Shown piece after piece: positions 41,069-55,917 of a stretch of 64,000 nucleotides of DNA (the stretch's first letter is position 1; each line of letters begins with the position of its first letter). Source of the stretch: Eledone cirrhosa (Eukaryota). The notes under the pieces were generated by a model. The model did not search any database. It was not told the origin of the DNA and worked only from the letters and a program-made list of their open reading frames with translations. The translations under genes and the position numbers were made by a program. Location of the stretch: assembly GCA_964016885.1 (NCBI GenBank), contig OZ024742.1, forward strand, positions 307,520,001 through 307,584,000. Reading direction: 5' to 3'.

Positions 41069-42907
41069 CTACATTTTAAATTTAAATTTATATTTAAACG
41101 TTGAGTTTAATCTATGTTTGCAACAACTGAATAAATTTGTCTGTAGGTTAAGGGAATTTTTAGATTTTAGTATAAAGAATATCTCCTCTGCGCAGAGGTC
41201 ACATGTCTCAGAGGATGAATTAAAAGGAATCCCTCTTGAGACTATATTCCAAGCCGTCGAATATCTAACGTTATCTAGCTTAAGTTGCCAGAGTACGCCT
41301 GATAGTGCCGTTGAAGATTTTTTACTTGGATCTGTGAAAGAATTCTTGTGGTTATTATAGCGAAGTTTAAATTCCGTCGATGTGGAACCGACGTAGTTAA
41401 AAGAATTAGAGTCAGTATTAACATTACAATTGTATACTATATTTTTAACTAAGCAGTTGTTATTTAACGGACATTTAGATCTATCTCTACAGTTACATTT
41501 GTTAACTTGTATATTATTTATGCTATTATCACTAGGTTTTAAGTTCCTATTATTTATTCTATTAATATTTTGTGCTAAATTTTTGGTGGATGAGTAGGTT
41601 AATTTAATTGTATGCCTATTGAAAATTGAGTGATACCTATGTGTTCTAGGGAAGCGATTATCAAGAGCTTTGAAAAATAATTTAGCGATGTGGGTTTTAA
41701 TGTTTAGTGAGAAAGGGGGGGCAAACCAAATTATGTTCCTAGTTCTATTTCTTTTTTGGCCTTTGGAATTATTGTAATGCTTTCTATTATAGTTGTTAAT
41801 GTTGTTGCCGTAATTAAAAAAGTTGTTACTTTGTTTAGTTTGTCTATCATTATCTATGTACACAATCTTATCAGCATATCCTGCCCTAGCTAATGCTTCA
41901 TTATAGTATTGGGCCTTTTCGTCGAAAATCTTTCTATTCGACGAGATCCTAGAGATACGTTTTTGAACTGAGTTTACTATAGTGTTTTTGACAGATCTGG
42001 GGTGGTTAGAGTTAAAGTTGACATAGTTTAAGTTTTCATTCAACTTGTGAAAAGGATAGTGGAGACATGTGTTGAGATTTAATGTTATATCTAGGAAATT
42101 GACTATTCTATGGTTGTTCTCAATTTCTATTTTAAGGTTAAAGTAATTAAAAAATTTTGTAATTTGTTTACATTTTCTATTTAGTTCAGGGTTATTATTA
42201 TTAATAAGTAAAAGCATGTCATCCCTATATAAACCTCCGGTAGTACCAGGTATTTTCCTATGTAGCGAATTGATTAAAAATAAGCCCACAAGGTCAGTTA
42301 CCTGAGCTGAGTCGGAAGATCCCATAGTTATGTCAAAATTGCTATCTCTATCTGCTCTGGTCCATAATTTGTCATTAAATTCTATCAAAGTTTTCCTAGC
42401 CGATAATATAATATGCATTTCTTTGCTAGTTAGGTCAGTATGTTTGAATGCGTAATTTAGTGCCTTATTTAGTAGACTAGGGGTAATAGAAGAATAATAG
42501 TTAGCTATATCAAGTTGAATAAACCTATTATTATTGTTATATTTAATTTGCCTAAACCACTCAACAACCTCTCCAGTTCCCTTCCACAAGCTCAGGTTAG
42601 ATACACAATCCAAGTTCTTAATTTGCTGTATCACCCTGTCAAGAATATTTTTGCTTAATTTGCCCAGGTCCGATTTTGAAGGTGCGATCAATCTAACTGG
42701 CAGGTCATTTTCAAAATTCCTCTTGTGGTCCTTCATATTGATCTTCGGTTTCCTGGGCACGAAAGGTTGTGTTCTGTTCTCAATTTCCAACTCGTGCATT
42801 ATACAAGATGCTTCGACATTCATTTTCTCAAGTTCAGCCTTATCTGCTACCTTGTACTTTTTCCTCAGCTCTTTCAGTATGAGGCCATTATACATGTCTT
42901 TCCGCAC
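41069..42907 (-). CDS. 5'-truncated inverted copy of the PLE RT-EN ORF
   Basis: Matches residues ~126-737 of the 42969 ORF except SSTKN/SSSKN and LNLQT/LNLRT. Confidence 0.9.
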   Translation of the reverse strand: MRKDMYNGLILKELRKKYKVADKAELEKMNVEASCIMHELEIENRTQPFVPRKPKINMKDHKRNFENDLPVRLIAPSKSDLGKLSKNILDRVIQQIKNLDCVSNLSLWKGTGEVVEWFRQIKYNNNNRFIQLDIANYYSSITPSLLNKALNYAFKHTDLTSKEMHIILSARKTLIEFNDKLWTRADRDSNFDITMGSSDSAQVTDLVGLFLINSLHRKIPGTTGGLYRDDMLLLINNNNPELNRKCKQITKFFNYFNLKIEIENNHRIVNFLDITLNLNTCLHYPFHKLNENLNYVNFNSNHPRSVKNTIVNSVQKRISRISSNRKIFDEKAQYYNEALARAGYADKIVYIDNDRQTKQSNNFFNYGNNINNYNRKHYNNSKGQKRNRTRNIIWFAPPFSLNIKTHIAKLFFKALDNRFPRTHRYHSIFNRHTIKLTYSSTKNLAQNINRINNRNLKPSDNSINNIQVNKCNCRDRSKCPLNNNCLVKNIVYNCNVNTDSNSFNYVGSTSTEFKLRYNNHKNSFTDPSKKSSTALSGVLWQLKLDNVRYSTAWNIVSRGIPFNSSSETCDLCAEEIFFILKSKNSLNLQTNLFSCCKHRLNSTFKYKFKFKM

Positions 42908-42968
42908 TCCATAGAGGTTGTTGGTCGCTTTATATTATAACTGAGCGCTTTATATTATAACTGGAAAA

Positions 42969-45182
42969 ATGGAATTCTTTAAGATTACTTCCTCTCTAAA
43001 AGACATACCTCTACCTAGAAACAAAGACTTTATAAAACAATTAATAGATAAATCTGACTCTTTTATAAGGAGAATCAGGTGGCGTGCATTCCACTTTGAT
43101 AAATCTAATGCAGACGAAAATGTCTCGGACTTAAACAAAGTTTTCAAATCTAAAAGAAATCCACCCCCTAACAAACTTTTATCTGACTTTGAAAACGATA
43201 TAATTTCTATCATACAGGGGGTCAAATTCAAGAGAAACTTCAAAGGCCAGGAATATCTGAAAGGCATTAAGGATAACATTGAGAGCTTAGAGAAAACTGA
43301 GAAGATCTTGGTGAAATCTGACAAGACCAACAACCTCTATGGAGTGCGGAAAGACATGTATAATGGCCTCATACTGAAAGAGCTGAGGAAAAAGTACAAG
43401 GTAGCAGATAAGGCTGAACTTGAGAAAATGAATGTCGAAGCATCTTGTATAATGCACGAGTTGGAAATTGAGAACAGAACACAACCTTTCGTGCCCAGGA
43501 AACCGAAGATCAATATGAAGGACCACAAGAGGAATTTTGAAAATGACCTGCCAGTTAGATTGATCGCACCTTCAAAATCGGACCTGGGCAAATTAAGCAA
43601 AAATATTCTTGACAGGGTGATACAGCAAATTAAGAACTTGGATTGTGTATCTAACCTGAGCTTGTGGAAGGGAACTGGAGAGGTTGTTGAGTGGTTTAGG
43701 CAAATTAAATATAACAATAATAATAGGTTTATTCAACTTGATATAGCTAACTATTATTCTTCTATTACCCCTAGTCTACTAAATAAGGCACTAAATTACG
43801 CATTCAAACATACTGACCTAACTAGCAAAGAAATGCATATTATATTATCGGCTAGGAAAACTTTGATAGAATTTAATGACAAATTATGGACCAGAGCAGA
43901 TAGAGATAGCAATTTTGACATAACTATGGGATCTTCCGACTCAGCTCAGGTAACTGACCTTGTGGGCTTATTTTTAATCAATTCGCTACATAGGAAAATA
44001 CCTGGTACTACCGGAGGTTTATATAGGGATGACATGCTTTTACTTATTAATAATAATAACCCTGAACTAAATAGAAAATGTAAACAAATTACAAAATTTT
44101 TTAATTACTTTAACCTTAAAATAGAAATTGAGAACAACCATAGAATAGTCAATTTCCTAGATATAACATTAAATCTCAACACATGTCTCCACTATCCTTT
44201 TCACAAGTTGAATGAAAACTTAAACTATGTCAACTTTAACTCTAACCACCCCAGATCTGTCAAAAACACTATAGTAAACTCAGTTCAAAAACGTATCTCT
44301 AGGATCTCGTCGAATAGAAAGATTTTCGACGAAAAGGCCCAATACTATAATGAAGCATTAGCTAGGGCAGGATATGCTGATAAGATTGTGTACATAGATA
44401 ATGATAGACAAACTAAACAAAGTAACAACTTTTTTAATTACGGCAACAACATTAACAACTATAATAGAAAGCATTACAATAATTCCAAAGGCCAAAAAAG
44501 AAATAGAACTAGGAACATAATTTGGTTTGCCCCCCCTTTCTCACTAAACATTAAAACCCACATCGCTAAATTATTTTTCAAAGCTCTTGATAATCGCTTC
44601 CCTAGAACACATAGGTATCACTCAATTTTCAATAGGCATACAATTAAATTAACCTACTCATCATCCAAAAATTTAGCACAAAATATTAATAGAATAAATA
44701 ATAGGAACTTAAAACCTAGTGATAATAGCATAAATAATATACAAGTTAACAAATGTAACTGTAGAGATAGATCTAAATGTCCGTTAAATAACAACTGCTT
44801 AGTTAAAAATATAGTATACAATTGTAATGTTAATACTGACTCTAATTCTTTTAACTACGTCGGTTCCACATCGACGGAATTTAAACTTCGCTATAATAAC
44901 CACAAGAATTCTTTCACAGATCCAAGTAAAAAATCTTCAACGGCACTATCAGGCGTACTCTGGCAACTTAAGCTAGATAACGTTAGATATTCGACGGCTT
45001 GGAATATAGTCTCAAGAGGGATTCCTTTTAATTCATCCTCTGAGACATGTGACCTCTGCGCAGAGGAGATATTCTTTATACTAAAATCTAAAAATTCCCT
45101 TAACCTACGGACAAATTTATTCAGTTGTTGCAAACATAGATTAAACTCAACGTTTAAATATAAATTTAAATTTAAAATGTAG
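42969..45182 (+). CDS. Intact 737-aa PLE reverse transcriptase + GIY-YIG endonuclease (Hydra-clade-like)
   Basis: KSDKTNN, KDHK, PVRLI, QLDIANYYSSI, MGSSDSA, GLYRDD, NFLDITL, SNHP, IIWFAPP, CxCx5C linker (CNCRDRSKC), IVYNC..YVGST..FKLRYNNH, CDLC.EE, LN, CCKH; AAAAATGG start context. Confidence 0.95.
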   Translation: MEFFKITSSLKDIPLPRNKDFIKQLIDKSDSFIRRIRWRAFHFDKSNADENVSDLNKVFKSKRNPPPNKLLSDFENDIISIIQGVKFKRNFKGQEYLKGIKDNIESLEKTEKILVKSDKTNNLYGVRKDMYNGLILKELRKKYKVADKAELEKMNVEASCIMHELEIENRTQPFVPRKPKINMKDHKRNFENDLPVRLIAPSKSDLGKLSKNILDRVIQQIKNLDCVSNLSLWKGTGEVVEWFRQIKYNNNNRFIQLDIANYYSSITPSLLNKALNYAFKHTDLTSKEMHIILSARKTLIEFNDKLWTRADRDSNFDITMGSSDSAQVTDLVGLFLINSLHRKIPGTTGGLYRDDMLLLINNNNPELNRKCKQITKFFNYFNLKIEIENNHRIVNFLDITLNLNTCLHYPFHKLNENLNYVNFNSNHPRSVKNTIVNSVQKRISRISSNRKIFDEKAQYYNEALARAGYADKIVYIDNDRQTKQSNNFFNYGNNINNYNRKHYNNSKGQKRNRTRNIIWFAPPFSLNIKTHIAKLFFKALDNRFPRTHRYHSIFNRHTIKLTYSSSKNLAQNINRINNRNLKPSDNSINNIQVNKCNCRDRSKCPLNNNCLVKNIVYNCNVNTDSNSFNYVGSTSTEFKLRYNNHKNSFTDPSKKSSTALSGVLWQLKLDNVRYSTAWNIVSRGIPFNSSSETCDLCAEEIFFILKSKNSLNLRTNLFSCCKHRLNSTFKYKFKFKM

Positions 45183-46650
45183 TATATTTAGTTTGATTTA
45201 TATTTATATGGGAAACTAGCCGATAAATTTTTGATTCCTAAATTTTTGATTCCTTCTTTTTATTCTTTTTTTATTGTTTATTTTTATTTTTATTTTTATT
45301 TTATTTTTATTTAAACATTCCTCATGAAAAATTAAGCTACCCTAAAAGCTGATGCTCCAAATATTTTGAATAAACCTTACACTAGATAAACTTCTATATT
45401 AAATATAAGAACATATGTAGACCAAATTGGACGTCATAAACTTTTTGAATTGATCTTTGCTAGATGTGATTTGATAGATAATTTTTGGCTTTGTCTTGTA
45501 ATGAACTTGGCAATATATTGTCAATTAACTTTGAAGGGTTGATCTTTGTGGTTTATTTTTATTTTTATTTTTATTTTTATTTTTTATTATTGTAGTATTT
45601 TATAATATATTTTATAATATTTTTTATTTTTTATTTTTATTTTTATTTTTAATATCTTTAATATGTAAATTTTTAATACGTAATATTTTTTAATACGTAA
45701 TATTTTTAATATGTAATATTTTTATTATGTAATATTCTTTCGTAATATTTTTTTAGTTTTCTATTTTATTATTACTTATTTTTACTTATTATTATTATTG
45801 TTATCTTTTTATTTTTTTAGTTTTGTTTCTGATATATATTTTTATTAGTATATTGAAATCTGCTCTCTATTTCTGCTTGATAGATAATCTTGTAGAGTAA
45901 AGACAGGAATAATAATACACATATATGTATGCTCAAATTTTTATACCACATTGAGAATGTTTTCCGTGAACTTAGAGTTTGCAGAGTGAATCATGTGGAT
46001 TCGCATGGATGTTTGTAGCTGTCACATAAACATATGAATTTTTTTAAAAAACTAAACATAAGATAATTAATTTTCACACACTATGGATACTTGTCTCATT
46101 CAGGAATACTGATATCTACAATATAGTGTAAGTTTTATAAATACTAATACATTAAAACATAGGGTTTTTACGCCTCGAATATATCTGGCTATTTTTTAAT
46201 TTTTTTTTCTCTCGCTATTTTTTCTCTCTCTATATTTTTTCTCTATATATATATCTCCCTTACATTAATACTTGAGCTAAATAAATAAATAAATAAATAA
46301 ATGTATCATTGATACATTTACTCAAAATGACCTCCCACTACCTAATTTTCTATATATATATATGTATCTATCTCTATTTCCTCTCTCTATATATATATAT
46401 ATTTCTTTCTGTTTCTTTACATGAAGTTCTTCGCTTTATCTATCTTTCCATCTCTCTATTTTGTTCCATGCATTTCTTCTTTTTCTTCCTTTTCTTCGTT
46501 TTCTGTCTTTCTTTCTTTTTTCTCTCTTTTTTTTCTCTCTTTCTTTCTCTCTGTGTAAAATTTTTTCACTGCCAGTTTAAACCTCTTCAAATGGAAGTCG
46601 GTGTTATAACGGTATGTCGAATCTATTTATCTATAAAACTGTTTATATTG

Positions 46651-46716
46651 TATTTTGTCTGAGGAAGGCATAGCATATTGTTAATATGATATCCCCGAAA
46701 TATATATAATGAAATA
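46651..46716 (+). ncRNA. Type I hammerhead ribozyme at PLE 3' end
   Basis: TATTTTGT-CTGAGGA-AGGCATAGCATATT-GTT-AATATGATATCCCC-GAAA-TATATA-TA-ATGAAATA; 8-bp stem I with two G-U pairs; overlaps AATAAA. Confidence 0.75.
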
Positions 46717-46756
46717 AATATGGTTTTATAAATATAGTTTCCATTTATTTAATATT

Positions 46757-48830
<2,074 letters not shown>

Positions 48831-49181
48831 ATATGGTGTGCTACTGAAGACTCGGTTTCGATTTTTCCTCTAGTCCTTGTCAAGTTAAAATGAAAAAAAA
48901 AATGACCGCCGTTTTCTTTTTTAAATTCTTTAAGTCAACGGTTTCAACATGAGCGAAAATACGAGTGAATAGGTCGAACATAAATAAATAGAACCGTCAC
49001 TCACAATTGAGTATGAATTGGTAAATTAATCTATTTTGCGAAGTGTCTTATGTGCCCATGTAGTCGCCAACAGACATTGATTAAGCGGAACATCCATATG
49101 ACACCTGGAAGGAGAGGGAACTTCACAAGCACAGGGTTAATATTTTCTTCACGAACTTCGAAACGATGAAAGTCAAAGTGA

Positions 49182-49376
49182 CAGACCTGTCAACTTTCCC
49201 CTCCGACGGGGAGATCTCCACGTTTGGCGTCACTTCTTCCCGTCTCCCTGTTTTTGTGAAAATGGGTATAGCTTTCATTATGTAAGATCACCCCATTTTT
49301 GCATCATTTCTCCCGATTTTGGGGCACATTTTTTCGTGGTAGTGCCTGTTTGGGTATTTAGAAGTTGGCAGGTCTG
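49182..49376. mobile_element. MITE (probably hAT), inserted in a SINE B-like remnant
   Basis: TIRs CAGACCTGTCAACT / AGTTGGCAGGTCTG; second copy at 10410-10586; TSD not clear. Confidence 0.7.
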
Positions 49377-50084
49377 AGGTGAACATTGACGGGATTTGAA
49401 ATTATAATGCAGAGACTAGGAATAAATATCCAACACTAAAATCTCTGCCAAAATCGACCGCTTGTCTAACATAAGTACACTCAGTACACAGCACACAGTA
49501 TTATAATATTGATGCGATTATGTCACAAACAACCAGATTTTCCATTAAATTTCAACGCAGTTTGATTGTTACTGACACCAGATCTTCTATAGAGATGATA
49601 ATCAAAATAAATAATCACTCACTTTTTGTAGACATCACATTTCCTTTGGTTTCACTTCTTTAACTTCATATCTCCCAACCCTCGAACAATTTCCTGTGTT
49701 GCCCATCATCATTTTTTTCATGTATTTCCGGTTCTATTCTATTCTATGTTTGTATATTTTTGTAAGCATCTCTATCTTTATGGTTTCTATATTTTTCATA
49801 CTCATGCAGCGATGTCATTATAGTGTATTTAAGTGCAAATATCAATTCATGGAGATAAATGTAAATATGTGGATATATTTGTAGAATATTACGTGGGTAT
49901 AAATATATAAACATATTTAAACAAGTTTGAACACGCTGAAAGAAATGTATTATCTTATATATTGTCATTTCTATAGATTGGCAGACAAAGCGATCTATAA
50001 ACAGAGTTAAAACCTTAGCTATAATAATGTGCAACTCACACGCGCAACACATATATGAATAGATGCATGCGATCACTTATGCAG

Positions 50085-50185
<101 letters not shown>

Positions 50186-50219
50186 TACACGGGTGTGTAT
50201 GATTGTGTATAGAAGATTA

Positions 50220-50601
50220 TATTAATAAAAGGAATTCCAACTTTGTCTGATTTACTCGTTTTATTTACAATCCTTTACATTTATAATGATATTATAATGA
50301 AATAGTATAGTAGAATATTAAATGTTAAGTGTTAATTGAACAAGTACGTTTATACTTTCGCAATCTTCAGGTTCATATTCAGTGGTGACAGTGAAGTTTA
50401 CAATTTTCAACAGTTGAACATTGTAAACTTCACTGTCACCACTGAATATGAACCCGAAGATTGCGAAAGCATAAACGTACTTGTTCAATTAACACTTAAC
50501 ATTTAATATTCTACTATACTATTTCATTATAATATCATTATAATTGTAAAGGATTGTAAATAAAACGAGTAAATCAGACAAAGTTGGAATTCCTTTTATT
50601 A

Positions 50602-50604
<3 letters not shown>
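50220..50604. repeat. ~385-bp near-perfect palindrome
   Basis: Arms TATTAATAAAAGGAATTCC...TTCAAC-A-GTTGAA..., centred at 50412, with only a few mismatches. Confidence 0.95.
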
Positions 50605-50700
<96 letters not shown>

Positions 50701-52843
50701 CGTGCGTGTGTGTGTGTGTGTGTGTATGTATATACACACCCACCCACAAACATATATATATATTCAAAATACGGGGTGCACAGAACATAGACAATGGAAA
50801 AAACAACGGAAAGATGGACAATCCCATCTCCTCAGGCAACCTTTGGAAAATCGCTAAGCTTTCGACATGTATGTATTTATATATAAGAGAATATTTATAT
50901 ATAAACATAGTTTAACTTATACCACAGTCTCCATTGGGTAGTATACAAGCAAAGCTAATGTCCAGTATATTAGTGACAAATACATTTCTGATTTATATAT
51001 ATATGAATAAAATGTCTGAGGTGCGGAGGCCGGAGAGACCACAAATCTGGGTAGTAGTCTATGCATGGGAAGACACAAAGTGTATATAAAGGAAGGCAAA
51101 ACGCAACTACAACGCGTAGCAATTTCGGATTGTATTCGGCAAGTTTTTCAAGGGTCTACTTGGCGTATGAAGAATCTTTCCAGAATTTATGTAGGAAGCG
51201 ATTTGGGGGAATGTTTGGAATTAGCTTAGTTGTTGGGGCTGGTCCGTCCTATCAACCACTGTGTGTAGCGTTTATTTTGTCTTCGACTGTTTCAGCTTTG
51301 CATCAGTATCAGTATCAGTATCAGCTTTGCATTGGAGTATCATGCAAAAATACATTACTTTTTTTGTTTTGTTTCATTTGTCATCATTTGCCCTTCGAAC
51401 TTTTTCTACCGCATTGTATCGGCTTTAAAAAAAATTGTATCCCTAACGCTATAACGTTCCACTGACAAAACACACCCGGATACGGTTTCATCACATCTCG
51501 TAAATACATGCATACATAAAGAATGAGATTTGATAGAATTTTGGAATACACGGATTGAATATAGAAAGGGGTAAGTAAATAAATAAGATGGTAAAAATTG
51601 AAATACCATTGCTACACTGTAGTATTGTTTTATCTGTTGGATGCAGTTTGACCTTTGTATTACTAATGGTGAAGGATTTTAGCAAGTGGTATGCCAGCAA
51701 GGAGTTAAGTGTAGTAGCTAGATTATATTTAGGTCATTGGAAAAAGATACAAACTAGCCAAATGAATGATAATTGCAATTTTGTGGGTGAATATTTATTA
51801 TTGTTACAACATAGAAAGGAGAAAATAGATAATCACGAAATAAGTAAAGAAATGGTTTCAGACACATAAACAAGTAAATATGTTAAGTGGCAAAGTGGTA
51901 AATAGCAGCGAATGGCAAAGCCATTAGAACGTTGGGTAGAAAGCTTTGCAGTATTGTTCTGGCTCGCTGTGTTCTGATTTCGAAACCCACTGAGGTAAAT
52001 CTTGCATTTCATCCTTTCAAGTTCGATAAAAAAAATTACCAATCCAATACTAGAATCGATTCTTCCTCTAAATATATATCTGAATTCCCCCACTCTCCCC
52101 TTCTCTAGACGAAATCGGGTATGTTCCGACTTGGTGAGGAGTTGAGCTGAACCAGGTTTAAAAGGGCCAAGACACGCTGTATGTCATTACGGCCCCATTA
52201 CGACTCCATCAGGAATTATGGGTCCATACAAAAATGTAGTGACTGCATTTGTTACTTGACTTAGTAAGAATAAATGGAATGTAATAGAAGAATTTGTAAA
52301 CAGCTAAAAATGTTAACCCAACAACTAATAACCTGAATACGAAAATAACACCATAAAATAATTTAAGTTTGATTCCAACCGGCCAAAAGCACTCAGGTTT
52401 TATGATTCAGATGTATTCTTTCTAAAGTGTTCATATATATTAGAACATTCAGTCGTAAATTTATTGAAGAAGATTTTGTTATGTTATACTCCAAACGTCA
52501 GCTTAAGAAGTAAAAAATGTTTCATTAAATTCCTTCAAATTCTCGATTACTTTCAAAATCAATTAAAACATACAGATAATATTTTATTAGAAATATGGTA
52601 ATGAAAGAATTAAAAAAATAATTAACAGATACCATAAAGTCTAGATTTCTCAAAGTAATAATATTATCATTAGATTGAAGCAGTGAAGGGTTTAACATAT
52701 ATGACGAAGGTGTTGGTCGTCGAGGACAAGTATTCCTGTTGATTTGATCTGCTAGTGAAATTAACATAAAAGTGGTTGCAAATTTTACAGACACGTGTAC
52801 CACTAACTCAGATCTTAGGGAGATTCAGCGTGTTACAAATAAT

Positions 52844-53023
52844 TGTTTCTACTTTTGGCACAAGGCCAGCAAATACCCAGTACATTACTGGTACTTTATT
52901 TTAACGACTCCGTGAGAATGAAAGGAAAAGTTAACCTAGACGGGATTTGAACTCAGACCGTAAAGGGACGTAACTATGCTAGAAAGCATGCACGTCCAAC
53001 CCCCTACCGATACTGCCAATTCA
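52844..53023 (-). mobile_element. SINE family B nested inside a minus-strand family A SINE (~52790-53125)
   Basis: TSD TACAAATAAT at 52834-52843 and 53024-53033; the flanks are two halves of the family A consensus. Confidence 0.85.
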
Positions 53024-53231
53024 TACAAATAATGCTGACCCTTTGAATTGGCAGTACAACTTGTTTTTGCCTCATGTGTTGACTGGAGCAACGTGAAATA
53101 AAGTTTCTTAATTAAGGACACAACGCTACAACAACAACAACAGAACGCATGACCTTACGATCATGAGTTGAAATATGAGGAATAGGTAAAACAGATAATG
53201 TACATAAATATAAATATGTATCCACATAAAT

Positions 53232-53344
<113 letters not shown>

Positions 53345-53361
53345 CGCACGCACGCACGCGC

Positions 53362-53444
<83 letters not shown>

Positions 53445-53518
53445 ATTAATAAATGAAACAAACAAAACACAGGAGGCAATGTTTACACGCTTTGTAAGTG
53501 GAAGTGGAGGAGATTTCG

Positions 53519-53647
<129 letters not shown>

Positions 53648-54179
53648 TACATAATCTAAGTGCAATGCTGCTTTTATTTGCTAATATTAAAGGCCACAAT
53701 CGTATGTACACGAACGAAATTGCAGGTCTTTTCTTTTTATCTATCTTGTATATAAATAATCAATAGAATGGTTATCTAATGTTTACTACAATGTATGCAT
53801 AATCATACGGAATAATTAGATACTATATACTGAACCCATCGGCCCCAAGTCCCCAGATTTCTACTTTCGATTGTAATATATATTTCGTATTTCTATATAT
53901 TGCGATAATTACATTGACTACGCATTAGCTTCATGTCAATCGCATATTATTGTATGCCTAAGCAGTTTTTGTGTGTATATCCTTATATATGTTTGGATAT
54001 TCTTGTATATGTTCATATGTGTGTATGTGTTTGTATATAATTGTATATGTTTGTATATGTGTGTATGTGTTTGTATATATTTGTATATGTTTGTATATAT
54101 GTATGTGTTTGTATATACTTGTATATGTTTGTATATAATTCTATATTCTTTTATATTCGTGTATATTCCTATATATGTG

Positions 54180-54505
54180 AAGACGCGTGTCTCTGTCGTT
54201 AATGTATTCAGCTCACAATCTTAAGGTCGTGAGTTCGATTCCCGGCGTCGCTTTGTGTCCTTGAGCAAGAAACTTTATTTCACGTTACACCAGTTCACTC
54301 AGCTGGCAAAAATGAGTTGTACCTGTAATTCGAAGGGCCAGCCTTGTCATACACACAATGTCACACAGAAACTTCCTGAGAACTACGTTAAGGTACGCAT
54401 GTTTGTGGAATGCTCAGCCACATGCACGTTAATTTCACGAGCATGCTGTTCCGTTGATAGGATCAACTGAAACACTCGTCGTCGTAACCGACGGAGTGCC
54501 AGTAT
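54180..54505 (+). mobile_element. tRNA-derived SINE, family A, near full length
   Basis: B-box GAGTTCGATTCCC; core TGTCCTTGAGCAAG; 3' part TGCTCAGCCAC...CTCGTCGTCGTAACCGACGGAGTGCCAG. Confidence 0.8.
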
Positions 54506-54936
54506 TCCTGTATATATTTTATAGGCGTATATATCTTTGCATATATGCATATTTTTGTATATACTTATATAACTCTGTGTATGTTTCTATATGCTTGTAT
54601 ATGCCAAACATGCATATAGACAAACATGCATACACATGTAAACTCATATATATTTATATACACAAATAGAAGCATATACATGTGTGTTTGTATGGGGTTA
54701 TGCGGAGGTGTATCGATTCAATATTGCTGGTTTAACACAATATCGTGATCCGTGAAATCATAAGCTGGGTCATTCCATTGCAAGAGAATTCTTTCACCAC
54801 AATAACCCCATAGATAGGAACTAAATTGATGTAATGAAATATATATTTCTTTTCACAGACAAACACACACATGCACACACATTTACACACAGGCGAATAT
54901 TCTTATATGTAGAAACAATGTGCGTGCGCGTGTGCA

Positions 54937-55028
<92 letters not shown>

Positions 55029-55157
55029 GTTATTTTCAAAGTATAGAAATACACATTTCTTATAGTTTCAAAACTAAATTGATACTTTTATACTCAATTG
55101 CGTACTTCCATAGTTAGATTTACTGATAGACTAGAAATTCGAATAGAACAAAATAAA

Positions 55158-55220
<63 letters not shown>

Positions 55221-55252
55221 TAATAATAATAATAAATGTATATATGAAATAT

Positions 55253-55284
<32 letters not shown>

Positions 55285-55477
55285 GTATATATATATATGT
55301 ATGTGTGTGTGTGTGTGTGTGTGTGCGCACGTATATAATCAATTTTCACCCTATCCTTTACCTTATTCTTTTAGTGATTTCAATCATTAGTCGATAATTC
55401 TGACAGAAGTCAAATGTCTGAAGATAATGTAATAACACAGAGAAACGCTAGAACACTTATACCGTCAACACACACAG

Positions 55478-55562
<85 letters not shown>

Positions 55563-55573
55563 ACACACACACA

Positions 55574-55604
<31 letters not shown>

Positions 55605-55661
55605 GCGCGCGCACACACACATATTCATATATATAATACGGTAATATATATATATACGTGT

Positions 55662-55706
<45 letters not shown>

Positions 55707-55787
55707 AGTTGATTATACATCGGATTACGGGGCCGTCCGCTCCTGCAGACGAACGATGATGATGATAATGACTACATATATATATAC

Positions 55788-55846
<59 letters not shown>

Positions 55847-55864
55847 TATATATATATACATATG

Positions 55865-55917
<53 letters not shown>

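Larger units (their letters stand above)
39420..46756. mobile_element. Hydra-like PLE inserted as an inverted duplication: truncated minus copy 39420-42926 plus full plus copy 42927-46756
   Basis: Arms 39514-42926 and 43325-46756 are near-perfect reverse complements; (TA)n tracts on both sides. Confidence 0.95.

Noticed and set aside
42969-45182. Selenoprotein-type (Naiad) PLE or telomerase
   Set aside because: The EN is C-terminal, there is no in-frame TGA, and there are no TERT-specific domains.
54225-54250. tRNA gene suggested by the GTTCGATTCCC box
   Set aside because: No cloverleaf; it is the head of a SINE.
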